A stretch of DNA of 64,000 bases from the NCBI GenBank assembly GCA_013239625.1, contig MU057354.1:21989890-22053889 (forward strand). Reading direction: 5' to 3'. The notes beneath the pieces are model-generated. The model had not been told where the DNA came from. It did not search any database and saw only the letters and a list, made by a program, of their open reading frames with translations. Position 1 is the stretch's first letter, and every line of letters starts with the position of its first letter. Position numbers and translations under genes: made by a program. Positions 37,973 through 49,349 of this stretch are shown in pieces. This stretch comes from Lama guanicoe. Its lineage: Eukaryota.

Positions 37973-40900
37973 ATTTTCATTCTTCAGTTTAAGTAGAATT
38001 CCTGAAGATTTGCCTCGATTTGTTTTTGTTTTTTAGTTTACTATTCGTTTAGTAAACTACAAATAGATAAGTTAACTAAACTGATGGGGGTTTTTTTTCG
38101 CTTAAAAAAATCACTCTTGGATGCTTCCAAAAGCCCCAGGTGGGGAACTTCTGTTTTGGCTGTAGTTGATAGCAAGGTATATACTGAGATATACCATGTA
38201 CTAAACCTCCTCCCCATTTCCTGATAGAAAGTATTACTAAGGACTAGCTAATTGATAGTAACATCTTAGGGAAAATACGTTAAGCTTTTCTGCTTCTGTA
38301 ATAATAAAACAAAATAAAATTAAAACATTGACTCTAGAATTCTTGTTTTTAGGGCAAAATAGTCACTAAATTATGCATATACCTTTCCTGGCTGGTTAAT
38401 AATGAGCTTAAGAAAATTATTCATATACCCTATTTTAATAGCAACACCTAAATTTTTGCAGCTCCACGAGACCTTTCAATACCCCAACAGATGGTTAGGT
38501 GCTGTCATATGTCAGACAGAAACTAAACGGTGCAGAAACTTAAGTTTCAGGAAGGAAGGAAGAAATGATAGAAATCCCAGGGACATTTGCTAGGGTTAAA
38601 AAGGAAGTGTTAATCAGTGAAATATCTCAGATACTTCATCTTCAAAAATACTGTATTAGCAACAGTAGAGAAGGCTGTGTCTGAAGCATGAGTTTCACTT
38701 ATTTCTCAGAAGTACTCTTTCATAAACAAAGCCTTAGGTTGCTAGAGAGTGTTCCGGGGCTCAGTGTTCTCACTGAAAACACGGAGATAGCCCGGGTTTA
38801 GTCATCAAGTCTATCTGTGAATATTCACTTAATACTAGAAGGCACAGCGAGTTTATAGGTTTCAGGGTATTCTTAACCAATCCTCTACTTTCGAGACCAG
38901 AGAAGGGCAGTTTCCCAGCCTTCCCTGTGATGCTTGGCCTCAGCGCACCCCCACCCCGCGGCCCCTCCTATCCTCTTCCGCGCGGCGAGGACCTGTGAAG
39001 CCCCTGCCTGGCCTCGGCCTCGCGCACTCTGCAGGGCCAGGTAAAAGCTGCCCAGCCCGGCGACTCAGACGCGCTCACAGGTGGCTTCGGCCGCTTCTCT
39101 GCGCTCAGGGCGGCACTCGTCTCCGCTCCGTGCCCGCAGTCGCAGTCGCAGCCGCAGCCCGCGCGCCAGGCGTAGCTCCCCGACTGGCCTCGGAAATCAG
39201 GCGGCTTCCTCAGGGGAGAGCGAGGCCGGAGAGGGGTGCGGGGCCGGTTGTGAGGCCGCCCACAGGGGCAAGGGGCATCCAAGGCCCGACCCGGGCGAGG
39301 GTGAGTGGCCCGAGCGTTTCTCGCGCTCTTTCGACACCGGCCTCACGGAGCCCGACGCCCAGGCACACCTCGCGCAGCGTACCGCCCCTCGGCCTCCTCC
39401 GCCGCTCGAGTTCGCGACCGCGGGAACCCGTTCACGCCCCCAGCGCCCGTGACCCCGGGTCTTCGCCGCCAGCGGGCCAAGCCGCTCTGCCACCCCCGGC
39501 CCCACTAGGGCAGAGGGGTCACTTGACTCGGCGAACCACATTCCCAAGGACAAGCAGCCGGTGGCAGCACCGCCCCCGCTCAAGCGCCCTCCGGGTCCCC
39601 CTTCGGCCGGCGCTCCAGCGGCTCCAGCGTCCCGGCCCCTCCAGAACGCGCTAGCGGTAGAAGGGAGGAATTCACTTGGACCCCTCCCCTTCCCCAAACT
39701 TCTTTCTCTGCCCCGCCGTTCCTCCAACCCGACCCCTCTGCGCCATCCGGCTCCTCCCTCTCGGCTTCCCTCCCCTTTTCTGGTCCCCACTTAGGAATTC
39801 GCCCCCCCTCGCCCCGCCGCCGGCTGGGCCCGGGGATCCTCCCCCGACTCCCCCCGNNNNNNNNNNNNNNNNNNNNNNNNNNNNNNNNNNNNNNNNNNNN
39901 NNNNNNNNNNNNNNNNNNNNNNNNNNNNNNNNNNNNNNNNNNNNNNNNNNNNNNNNNNNNNNNNNNNNNNNNNNNNNNNNNNNNNNNNGACAGTGGAGGC
40001 AGCAGGAGCGGCGGCTGCCGGGACCCGCAGCGCCGCACACTCTCAGCGCCGCCCGCCCCGACGGCATGGCCCGCGGCCCGCGCTCAGGGCGCCCCCAACC
40101 TCGTTGAGAGCCGCCGCTGTCCCGGACCCGCGCTTGGGGCCCGGAGCTGCCGGTATGAGCCGCGCCGAGGTGAGCGCCCTCTCCCTTTCGCCCTCGGCAG
40201 GGGACCCGCGGGTCATTGGGTCCCCTTCCCTGGGGACTTCCCCCCTCCGCTGGAGAAGTTCTGGGAGCCGGGAAACCGAATGCTAGGAGCAAGCCACCCC
40301 TCGAGGGCTGAGCCGCTGGGCTCTCTCCTCCGCCGCTAGCGTCCACTCAGACAGGGTTAGGAGTCGGGGAGCCCCCGAAACCGAACTTTCTTCTTTGCGG
40401 TCGTTCGGGGGCGTGTGCCGGCGACGCGGAGCCGCAGTCCCCGCGGAGCCGCCCTACCGGCCGGGGAAAGCAATGCTGCGGGATCTGGCTGTTTCTGCGC
40501 TCGGCGTGCGCCCGTGGCCGTGCCGCCTTCGGCCTGGGACGCGCGGGCTAAGCGCTGGGCCGGACAGACCCGCCCGTAGGCGGCGGCAGCGGGGGCAGGA
40601 TGCCTACAGCACACATGCGTACACACTCACATACACACAGACGCACACGGACGCACACATCTGATCGCTCAGGGCTAAACAGGTCCTCGGAGACCTCCCG
40701 GGTGGGCTGGAGCGGTGCGGCGCGGGGGAGCCGCGGCTCCGGCTGCGCCTCCGCCCGTTGGGCGCGGAGCTTTGGGTGGGGAGAGTTTATTTTTGTCTCG
40801 AGCTGCTGCCGCGGCTGCTCACGGCCTAAATCCAGAGGGGCGCCTGGCGGTGGAGATGCTGGCTGTTGCTGTAGATGGAGCTGCAGCCGTTCGGCTGCTT

Positions 40901-41305
40901 CTCCGAGAGGAGGAGGAGGTGTCGGAGGAGGGGGAGGAGGAGGAGGAAGGAACTCGGGCTGCTGCTGCCTCCGCCTCTGCCTTGCATTAGCCCCCACATG
41001 TTGCGGGCGTTCGCAGGCACAGCCCCCGGGGGCCACCCCGGGTTGGGTGTGTGGGGAGCACTATCCATTCGCAGCGGCAGCAACAGGAAGCCGTGGGGTC
41101 TCCTCTTGCACCTGAGAAGGAGGCTTCTTGGTATTCCCAGAACGGGAATACCTCATCGCCCGCATACGGGTGTAGAGGGGCAGCGGGAATTTGGGGGAAC
41201 CAAACCTACGCAGGGCGCCCCCCTTCATCCCCTCTGATGCACTCGTTTCCTGGGCGCGCTCCCTCGCTGGCCGAGGTCTCACTGCAGCCCTTTCTCTCCT
41301 TCCAG

Positions 41306-41737
41306 TGGTGATCGACGCTCGGGAATGCGGGTGTGAAGGGTCCGAGCTGCCACCCAGCAGGGAAGAGACCCTTGGGAGCCGGAAATCACCATCCCGAAGC
41401 TACGAGAAGGGGGGAAAAGAGAGCATTCTTCATTCAGTTTGTGTGCCTTGTGGGGAAATTTTTTTTAATCGTTATTTTTTTTAAAAAAAGAAACATTTCC
41501 GTGCTACTGTCTGTCATCATCTCTGGGGAAATCAGCCAGAACCACCGGAACGTAACTGAAACCAGACGAGAGCGGCAGGAGCCGAAGCAGTACCTGCAGC
41601 GTCCGGGCACCAGAGCCACCTTGGAACGGGAACGCATCTTAGGCGGCCGCGGGTCTGCGGCTCCGCCAAACTTTGGGGCGGGCGGGGCGGGCTGGGGCGC
41701 CGAGGGGGCTTTGTAGNNNNNNNNNNNNNNNNNNNNN
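41306..41737 (+). other. SAMD4A: SAMD4A 5'UTR portion of the start-codon exon
   Basis: There is a strong acceptor at 41304-41305. The segment contains a 3-codon uORF (ATG CGG GTG TGA, 41325-41336) and G-runs at 41675-41708. Confidence 0.7.
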
Positions 41738-41933
41738 NNNNNNNNNNNNNNNNNNNNNNNNNNNNNNNNNNNNNNNNNNNNNNNNNNNNNNNNNNNNNNN
41801 NNNNNNNNNNNNNNNNNNNNNNNNNNNNNNNNNNNNNNNNNNNNNNNNNNNNNNNNNNNNNNNNNNNNNNNNNNNNNNNNNNNNNNNNNNNNNNNNNNNN
41901 NNNNNNNNNNNNNNNNNNNNNNNNNNNNTCCGG
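41738..41933 (+). CDS. SAMD4A: SAMD4A (Smaug homolog 1) first coding exon, N-masked
   Basis: Only the flanks are visible: gggggctttgtag[N 41717-41928]TCCGG|GTAAGT. The tail fits ...S-P-G with a phase-1 donor. The start is inferred by counting back the recalled 196-nt orthologous coding segment, so the ATG itself is not seen. Confidence 0.75.
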
Positions 41934-43290
41934 GTAAGTGCGCGGCCGCCCGCAGTCCTGCTGCCCAGTCCTCTCCACCCCCCACCCCCGCCCCTGCTTC
42001 CCAGCCTCGGGCCTGGGCCCCAGCCCTGCCTCCCATTTACCTCCGCTGGCCGCTTCGGGTTTGCCCACTGTCAACTCCGTCAGTCCATTCCGTGTGGTAG
42101 CTACGGTAGCATGAATGATTGATTTTTCTCTCATGCAGTTTCCTGGGAAATAAGTAAGTCAGGTCACGTAGAGTCTGGATTTTCTGGGCTTTTTTTCTTT
42201 TTTCTTCTTCTGGGCAACGTGGCTCTCCGGATTTCAGCAACACATGAGGAGCCAAGGACTGCCCTTCACAAGCCGAGCTTTGATTAGGCTGTGTGAGGAA
42301 TACATGAAAATCCAATATTGTTACTCCTTTTTTTTCCCCACTGATATTCCAGTTTTAGAGCTCCGTCTTCAGAATAATATGTAGGTGACGCTACAGACTA
42401 TTAACACGATATTTGCGATTCGTTCATATACTACGTGGTTGTACTTAACTGTCACGACGTTATTCGTATTGATATGGATCTTACAGAAAGGGTCTCGTAG
42501 GGAGCGGGCAGCAATCAGGGTCCTTAAATGCTTTTGTCAGGAAACTTTACTGAACATAACAGAATCGTTTCCTATTACCCTGCTAGTATCTACCAACACC
42601 TCAACTAGTGTAGAAAGTGAATACACTCGAAGGGTTCGACAGTTTGCTATTTGCTAGCACGGGTGGATGCAGACTGAAAAGAAATTCTTCAGTTCATGCT
42701 GCAGCCAGAGGGTGAACAGAGCCCCCAGTGTTTACGCAGAGAAAAGAATGCAAGGTCCTCTTCCAGCTGTTCCATGTTAGGGCCGCCCGCCTGCAAGACT
42801 CAGCAGAGGTCTGGGCTGCCATTTGATGACAAGGTCCAGTCCAGGGCAGCAGGGCCTGGGAGACGCTAAAGTGAGTGTGCCCGCCGGGCGGCAGGAGGAG
42901 GGCTGGCCTGCTCCTCACTCCTCCTCCCTGATGTGGTGCTCATGATGCTGGAAACACCAGGATGGGATGTTTCCATATATAGAATCATAGGCTGGAAGTG
43001 ACCACTGGAAATCCTCGCAGTTCTTTTCCTGACCAGATAGGACTGCACCCAGATACTCTTGTGCTACCAAGTATGGGGGGCCGTCCTGAGGATATCCCAC
43101 AGGCCCCACGGGGATTCAGCCTGAGCCCAGTAGCCCACCCCCTACTCTCAAGGGTGGCAGCAGCAGGACCCCCTTCCCCTTCAGTTCTATGTTTCTAAAT
43201 AGCTGAAAGGCCAGCCTCCTTCCTAAGAGTGTAGAAATGTAACTAGGATAACTGATGATAGATTCTCTTTACTTCCATTCTTATCACGTG

Positions 43291-43348
43291 CTTGGTTTTG
43301 GTTTCTCAGGTTTGATGGTTTCTTGGTTTTGGTATCTCAAGTTTGATG
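43291..43348. repeat. Tandem duplication, period 31
   Basis: The two units are cttggttttggtttctcaggtttgatg and cttggttttggtatctcaagtttgatg, with 2 mismatches. Confidence 0.85.
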
Positions 43349-44715
43349 AACAAGGTTATCTAAACTTTTATGTTTTATAGAATGCAAAAAAAATAAGTAC
43401 ATTAGTTTCTGTTGAATGCTTGACCTCAGTGCTTGTAGGGACTGTTTAAAATAATGATAATTAATCTTTAGGTTACTCAACTATTAGAGCAACATTTTTT
43501 CCCCTTTGAGTAAAGAAGACTTTCCCCAGTATAGCAGCAGTCAGTTTAGTAGGTGAAGCAATTAGATATATGGAATTAAAAAGAAATTGCTTTGCTTAAA
43601 AATCTTATAACTTAATAACCCAAGGGAAAAAAATTGGACTTCTGTGAGTTTTTAAAATCACTTGGTAGTTTTTTGCCTCAAAAAAAATTTTTAACCATAC
43701 TTATTTGAGTAAGATGCCTACCTGTTCATGATGCTAAATGCTGTGGATATATGAAACCATAACCATTATGTAAGATAGAGACCATTTAACCATCTCTGGT
43801 TCAATCTTTCAACCTGGACATTTTGCTTCCTTGGAAACTTTGTACTTGTTTTGTTGTGTGGCCAGTAGAGAAATTCATTATTGAGGGCATGTGATAGTTT
43901 GATTTACTTCTGCATAATGGGATCATAAAGAGCATCAAGATTTGTCGTAGAATGCCCGAGTCTGGAGCTTAGCTCCCTAGTGTATCTGGAATCTAGCCAA
44001 GAACCAAGAATGGGGCAAAAAATGCCCACTCAGCAACCAGAATAGATGATGTAAAGGCTGGGAGAATACCTCAGACCCCCTTTTAGAACACAGTTACTCT
44101 TCTGTTAGATAACAATCCTTACTTTTCTTTAACTTAAAAAATAGTCCATAGCATGTATGGGGTACCACATTTGGAATGGGATGAGGGGTGGTTGTAACCA
44201 GCAGTGAAAAGTGACCCTTGACAGCTTGACAACTAGGAAAGAGACAGAAAAATCATAACTCTAAACATAAGAATTGGGAGCAAAAGCCCTGAAGGTTTGG
44301 GAATATTAGGGTAGGAACACTCAATTGGCCCCTCAAGTATTACTTTGTAATAACATAAATCAGTAATTGCTATCTTTCATTAATGAGAGTGAACTGTCAA
44401 AAAAGATACATTTTAAAATACACTCTTTGAGAAGAGAGGGAAATATTGCATGAATGTTAGAAATATTAACATTCAAGAAAATTAACCTCTAAAACTGTTT
44501 TGGTATGTAAAGCTCTTACCCATTCAGAAATCTAGGCTGTGTAGAATGACTTATTCATTGACTGGCTGAGGTTTCCTATACCAGGTTCATCATATATCAC
44601 TTACTTTATTTTGTAATCATCAATTAAACAAACATACACATTTCTTCTGATGACGAGAGGTTTTAAAACTTGGTGAATGGGAACAAAATTCCTATCTGGA
44701 GCTTGATCTCAGTAT

Positions 44716-44724
44716 AACAACAGC

Positions 44725-44756
<32 letters not shown>
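44716..44756. repeat. (AAC)n microsatellite
   Basis: Directly visible, with one AGC interruption. Confidence 0.95.
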
Positions 44757-44995
44757 ATCATTAGTGATAGCGTGAACTTGGCTCTGTTTTCTCCAGGGCT
44801 GACTTTAAGTAGCGAGATAAGCTTTCACATTAAACATAGTTTATTTGATGTCTGTGGGATGTATTTTGATACTAACTTTCGTTCTCTTAAATTTAGCGTT
44901 TATTGAGATTCTAGTGGTTCACTGGTTCATCCTTTGTCTTAGGTTCGTGATCATCTGAGACCATGAGAACATGGTTGAGTTAGTACTTATGGATT

Positions 44996-45028
44996 TGTGT
45001 GTGTGTGTGTGTGTGTGTGTTGTGTGTG
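44996..45028. repeat. (TG)n microsatellite
   Basis: Directly visible. Confidence 0.95.
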
Positions 45029-46310
45029 GATGTGTGTCACTCCAGATTTGGTCAGTGGGTATTGATGATGATCGGCTCTCTAAAGTAGAGGCTTATTTCC
45101 AGAACCCTCATAACCTCAGATGCATGTCCTCCAGCCACCAGCCCAAGTGACCATTAAGATTTCTGGCCAGTCTCAGTTTGGAGATGACTATTTCTGGGGC
45201 TAAAATGTCATTTGATACCTAAAAATAGAACCCATTGGAAAATAGGTTGCATGGCAGTAGTTTAAGACTTTTGTCATTTGAACTTCAAATATATTTTCCA
45301 GTGGAAATAGTGTAATAAATGGAGATTCACAAATAAATCCACAAACTTATTAACTCACAAAACAGAGCATTTTTGTGGGAAAATTGGATATGTTTGTAAT
45401 CAATAAATGGCAAAGAGATTGTTACTCTATTTATAATGAAGTACAAGAGGAAGGGTTGTCTGAAACGGTAGTGTTGGAGACTAAACTAATTGTGAAGATT
45501 GAAAAGGACTTGTGGGTGTATTTGCACTCATTAGAGGGTGAAGATGTTGGTTCTGTGATTTTTATGGTTTTTGGTTTCCATAGTATAAGTATGCCACACC
45601 CTGAGTTGATTTTTTAGATCACAGATTGAGTAAAAGAAAAGCTGAAGGGTATAAGCTTTCCTGATGACATTGGATGAGATCTTGTTTGTAGTTTTCTTTC
45701 AGTTTTTCATTCAAAAACATTTACTAACTGCCTACTACTTTCCTGGCCCTGTGTTATGCAGTGGGAATCAGAAGTAACTTACTGTATTCCAGTGCCTGGT
45801 GCATAGATACCCATGTTGAGTAAATGATTAGTCAGTATCGCAGGTGCAGATGCACAGATACAGGAATAAAAAACGTGGAGGGGAGAGGTTCTGGGAGCTT
45901 CGTGAACCTACAGCTAATTGCCTGGGGGAGTCAGGGAAGACTCTACTGAAGAGATATGTTTGAGTTGAGTTTTGAATGGTGAATAGAATTTGGTTCAATA
46001 TTTAAAAAGGATTGTGGAGAGCAGGCATGAAGGTATTTTCCAAGCAGAAGGGATAGCATTTATAAAAATGTTGTCTTATGAAAGGGCCTGGTTGTGTACA
46101 AGAAATAGTGAGTTTAGAGTGGCTGGAAGGGTGTAGAATGCTGGGCTCTAAGAGGCAGAAGTTAAAACAGAAGCCATGTGTTTGCAGGACTTTACCAGCT
46201 AAGGAATTTGACTTAATTCTGCAGAGATGATAGAGAAGCCAAGAAGATTTTTAGGCAGCAGTGTGCTGAGCAAGAGGAGGGGAGAGAAGAGGAGATGAAT
46301 GATGAAAGAG

Positions 46311-46313
<3 letters not shown>

Positions 46314-46350
<37 letters not shown>
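46314..46350. repeat. (GT)n microsatellite
   Basis: Directly visible perfect run. Confidence 0.95.
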
Positions 46351-46352
<2 letters not shown>

Positions 46353-48157
46353 ACCTTTGAGAAAGCTTTTTCATATGTGCATGATTGTCTGAGAGGCAAA
46401 AATGGGAGAGGTGAGGCAATTTGGTTCAGACAGTTTTCCATGTTGGCCACATGGTGGCGTCATCAGGCTAAGGCAGCTTTGTTGCTTTCAGCATTGCTAT
46501 ATTGGGGAGAAGGAGGGCTTGAGATAGAGAGGAAAAGAAGGTATTATCCAGGTGGCCATTTATTTATACCCATGGGAGGGGATATGTCTGGAGGATTCTT
46601 AGAGTGTGGATTTTGAAATCAGTCAGATGGGGCTAGTCAATTAATTTCTGAGCCATAATTTTCTCATGGGTAAAATGGAGCAAACAAAACTTTGTTATTG
46701 TCTGGAAGCTACTTGTTAACAGTCCATTGAGGACCTTTTCTGTCCCCCAGGTTTAAATTTGCCTCTAATTAGTATGGAATTTATATAAATAATGTTTTCT
46801 TAAATGATAGGGCATCTTTTAATTTCAAGGATTATCAAGAAGAGACTGAAGATGACTTGGAACCCTGGAAAGATAAAAGCCAACTGTGCTTTGCCTCCTG
46901 TATTTAAGCTGTGTTGTTCTATTCTCTGTCATTTTGGGTCCTAAAAAAATGTGGTGCTGACCTGGTTTTTCCAAATTATTTGTCACCACTTTTTCCCTTC
47001 AGTTGGTGAATGTGAAAAGAAAAAATCATTTTGTGGATTGAAATATACAGGGACTTTATGTCTGAAACACTTTTCACTTAGGGTTTGTAATTTTCTTTGG
47101 TTTGGCCTGGGGTGACAGCGAGCAGGTCGTACACATTTGCGATCTTTGTTGCAGATAAGTTGGATTTGGTTGTTTAGCTTGGATGCTCAAAGGCTTCAGC
47201 AACTGAGTTTGTGTTATAAACAGGTCCCACTAAAGCAAGGAGAAGGCAGACAAACTTAACAGCAGTCAAATTGGCTTGTTTATGTTTAAATAAACAAAGG
47301 AGGGTAAAATGAGGGTTGGAAGGGCTAAAAACTCCCCAGTATGTCCTGCAGAAGCGTAATTCTAATGAGAATTGTCAACACCAGAGAAGAGGGAATACCC
47401 CTCCTCCTTGACCTGGGGAGAAATTTGGAGGTTTTTATCCACAAGGGAAATGCTTTATACAACTCATTTGCTAGGAAAGGTGTGGTGCTCATAAAAGCCT
47501 TTTTTTCTTTTAAAAATAGAGTTACTGCTTTGAGTTTTTAGCTTGATCCTTCATTTTCCTCTTTTCTAAATCATTCCTTCCAAGGCCATACTGAGTTCAT
47601 CCAGTTCACATAGATGGAGATGCAGAATCAGACGTCTCCTCTGAGCTATTTTTTGTTTCTGTGGAAGCTGCCTGAGGCAGGAATCTCCCAAGGAAAACAG
47701 AACTTTCAGAAGCTGAGCCAAGCTTTCTCTCAAGGTTAGCTAGTCAAGGCTTGGGTCTTGCTCTGAAGCCTGCACCCCAAGAGCCAGCTTGGAGTGTGGA
47801 GGAACCTGCTGCTTTTGTGCAAGAGCATTGTGCTCCTTGGGACTCTAGCTTAGTTCTAGGGTTTTGTTGCCACTCTGTATATCATCATTTCAGTACAGTT
47901 TTCCTTGTCTTGGCTTACCAGGGGGAAAAAATCAATCACACAACTCAATGGTTTCTTTTACACAATAGGTAATACCATTAAATGGCATCCCAGAGAGTGA
48001 GTATCTGGTAAGAAACTGTGGGACCGGTTCCTCAGTACATGTTAATTTACCAAGTCCTGCAGCCGCGAGCTGGGAGCTGTGTCCAGCGGTAAGGTAGACG
48101 TGATGAGACCTCTCAAGGAGCTTACACTCAAGTTGTGGAGGTGAAGCATCATATACA

Positions 48158-48621
48158 CAGATGATCCCTGACTTATAGGGGTTTGAATTAGACGATATCT
48201 AGACTTTATAATTCCCAAAGCGACATGCATTTAGTAGAAACCGTTCTTCAAATTTTGAATTTTGATTTTCTCCCAGGCTAGATAGATATCTGCCCCACAA
48301 TCCTCTTGTGATGCTGGGCAGTCAGCCACATGCTCACAAGGATAGACAACCGACACTCTTACAACCATTCTGCACCCTTGCATTCTGTTTTCCACTTTCA
48401 GTGCAGGATTCAGTACACTGCATGANNNNNNNNNNNNNNNNNNNNNNNNNNNNNNNNNNNNNNNNNNNNNNNNNNNNNNNNNNNNNNNNNNNNNNNNNNN
48501 NNNNNNNNNNNNNNNNNNNNNNNNNNNNNNNNNNNNNNNNNNNNNNNNNNNNNNNNNNNNNNNNNNNNNNNNNNNNNNNNNNNNNNNNNNNNNNNNCCCA
48601 TCATAAGCTGAGGAAGATCTG
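48158..48621. mobile_element. MER47/Tigger5-like DNA transposon
   Basis: The inverted termini CAGATGATCCCTGACTTA...TAAGCTGAGGAAGATCTG are followed by TA. The interior includes gtagaaaccgttcttcaaattttgaattttg. Confidence 0.7.
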
Positions 48622-49185
48622 TATGTATAATAATTAGCCTATAAAGACTGGCTAAATGCTGTGGTTCCAATGAGAGAACAAAACTGGAGTTGAGTGGAGG
48701 GGAGAGAACAGAATGGGATGGGTCGTCCAAGAAGGAATGAATGGGAAAAGTAAACTTGAGTGTGTCATTTGAAACAAGTGTTTCAGGGCTCATGAGGGTC
48801 TTGCCTTTTTAATACTTTTAATGAGCGTTGTATGAAGGAAACCACACATATAGGGTCACTCCATGCATGGGCCATGTAAGGCGCAGGCTTGCAGGGCCTT
48901 TGAAGGATGAGTGTGAGTACATTAGAGAGAGGGGAGCATGGTGCCTGTTGTCCATCAGGAAAGGAAGAAGGAGCAATCCAAACACTCCTCTGATTTCTAA
49001 CATATTTAAACATACATCAGCTCAACCCGAATTTTTATCCCTAAAATTACCCATAAAATTGTGAGAGTTAGTAATAGTTCTTTTGGCTCCTTTTGGTAGA
49101 ATACTTTTGTATATTACTTTGGTTAGAACTAGTGTTAAAAAGAAACATCTTAAACACTTACAGGAGAAGATAAAAGTGTCTTAAA

Positions 49186-49349
49186 CCAGTTTTCAAAGTT
49201 TAATGCGCATACAGATCACTTGGGGCTCTTATTAAACTGGAAATTCTTACTGAGGAGGTCTGCGGCGGAGGGGGCCCTGAGCGCCTGCATTTCTAATAAA
49301 CTCCCAGGTGATGCTGCTGCGGCAGGTCTGTGGACCACACTTTGAGTAG
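49186..49349. mobile_element. MER5A-like hAT MITE
   Basis: It carries the signature ctgcatttctaataaactcccaggtgatgctg...ggaccacactttgagtag. Confidence 0.75.

Larger units (their letters stand above)
38940..42100 (+). promoter_or_regulatory. SAMD4A: SAMD4A CpG island with probable multiple first exons
   Basis: This is a 3-kb GC/CpG-rich island. Consensus donors AGG|GTGAGT (39301) and GAG|GTGAGC (40170) and the acceptor ctttctctccttccAG (41305) are visible. The identity follows from the CGRRF1-SAMD4A gene order known in mammals. Confidence 0.85.

Noticed and set aside
38968-41716. Many long overlapping ORFs (up to 224 aa) on both strands in the CpG island
   Set aside because: These are expected from stop-codon scarcity in GC-rich DNA and from N runs. 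They are low-complexity P/R/G/A translations with no recognisable domain.
41312-41716. Long open frame in the SAMD4A 5'UTR, in frame with the inferred CDS
   Set aside because: It is closed by TAG at 41714-41716 before the start codon, has no ATG, and crosses indel-prone T/A homopolymers. It is not an N-terminal extension.
48825-48840. gcgttgtatgaagga resembling the U6atac 5' end
   Set aside because: Similarity stops after about 14 nt and the rest of U6atac is absent.
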